Assembly: GCF_004010195.1 (NCBI RefSeq)
Contig: NW_025213581.1
Coordinates: forward strand, 1-34,186
Source of the DNA: Chiloscyllium plagiosum
Lineage: Eukaryota
DNA length: 34,186 nucleotides
Reading direction: 5' to 3'
Positions 32,930 to 34,186 of this stretch are shown in pieces (the first letter of the stretch is position 1; every line of letters begins with the position of its first letter). The notes under the pieces are model-generated. The model saw only the letters and a list, made by a program, of their open reading frames with translations. It ran no database searches and was not told the origin of the DNA. The position numbers and the translations under genes were made by a program.

Positions 32930-33990
32930 CACAGGAAATTAGAATTAATGAAGAGTATGTTTTTGAAAATCTAATTGAATTGAAGTTTCATAAGATGCTG
33001 CAACGGATGAGCTACATCCCAGAGTATTGAGAAAGTGGCAACAGAGCCAGTGAAAGGATTACTGATTATTCTTCAAAGCTGGTTAGATTCAGGAAAAGAT
33101 CCTGCAGACTGGAAAGCAGCTATTATAAACCTAAATATTTAAAACAGGACGGAGCGGGAAAACTGAAACTAAATAGCTTGATGTCAGCTATGAGAAAAAC
33201 ATTGTAATCTTTTATTAGAATGTGACAACTAGACACTTGGGAAACAGTGATATGATTTGGTAGATTCGGTCTAGATTCAGGAAAGGGAAATAATAATTGA
33301 TAAATTTGCGCGAATTTGTGGATACTGTTCATTGTAACATCAATAATCGAGAACCAATGGGAGTGGAATATTTGAATTTTCAGCAGATGTTTGACATGGT
33401 TGAATATAGGCGAGTGGATAATGTTAAATTCCATGGGTAGGTACGTGTGGAATATATACGACTTGGATTAAAAATTGGATAATGGAGACAATGAAGGGAG
33501 TAGTGTTTTTAGCTGGACTGAGGGTTTATTGGTTATTAGAAGGATCAGTGTTTGGTCAATAGCTGGTCATAAGGTATAAAAACTGAATCAGATGGGAACC
33601 ACAAATATCATCATTTACATTTATATTTATTAGATGGTGAGAGGTTAGCGAGTGCTTATGTTGAAAAGGACCTGGAGGTCCTTGGTCATAAGTCATCAAC
33701 AAAATTCTTACGGGACAGAAAGTAAATGATATGTGGCTGTTTTTATAAAATGATTGGAGTACCATAGTTAGTATGTCTTTCCCAATTGTAGTGATTTGTT
33801 GAGAGAGTATTTGGTGCATTGTGTACAGGTTTGGTCTGTTTTATAAATAATGAACTCTTTGTCACCGAGACAGTGCAAAGGAGTCTCACCAGACTAAACC
33901 CTGGCATGATGATACCATGAGGAGAGAGTTCAGGATCTATGTGTTTAATCTGTAGCGCTGTGAGAGCATAAGAAGTTGAAACTTGATGGT
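32930..33990 (+). mobile_element. old CR1 LINE RT, heavily decayed
   Basis: DELHPRVLR, DSGKDPADWKAA, YLNFQQMFDMV, GSVFG, EKDLEV and LVTETVQRSLTRLNPGM. Confidence 0.8.
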
Positions 33991-34186
33991 TATGGACGGA
34001 CACTCATTATGTCCCAAACAGCTGAATAGGGTGACAATTCCATACTTTTCACTGTATGTTTGATTCCCGATGTGTACCTCTGCAGAGCCCCCATGTCGTT
34101 TGACAGAAAGGTACAGGCTCTGAATGAATTCTGAACACTTAAATGCACAGTTACTGTGTGACACTGCATTGAATGTCACTTTGTAG

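Overview
Eukaryotic, repeat-rich vertebrate DNA, most likely from a cartilaginous fish (shark), judging by HE1/V-SINEs, CR1 LINEs and a GPR139-like receptor family. I find no intact protein-coding gene. There are two disabled GPR139-like GPCR pieces facing away from each other: a minus-strand exon 2 at 902-1810 with two stops and two frameshifts, and a plus-strand exon 1 at about 30349-30602 with a 42-bp coding repeat and a nonsense codon. Between them lie a decayed Gmr1-type Gypsy element (SCAN-like gag, protease, integrase), LTR remnants, many CR1 fragments, SINEs, minisatellites and four local tandem duplications (270 bp to about 1.4 kb, one spanning an N gap). The most interesting signal is a set of Penelope-like (PLE) termini carrying minimal hammerhead-ribozyme cores (CTGANGA...GAAA..NTH). 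Several form small fold-back palindromes with their own target-site duplications. All family assignments come from motif recognition by eye, with no database search.
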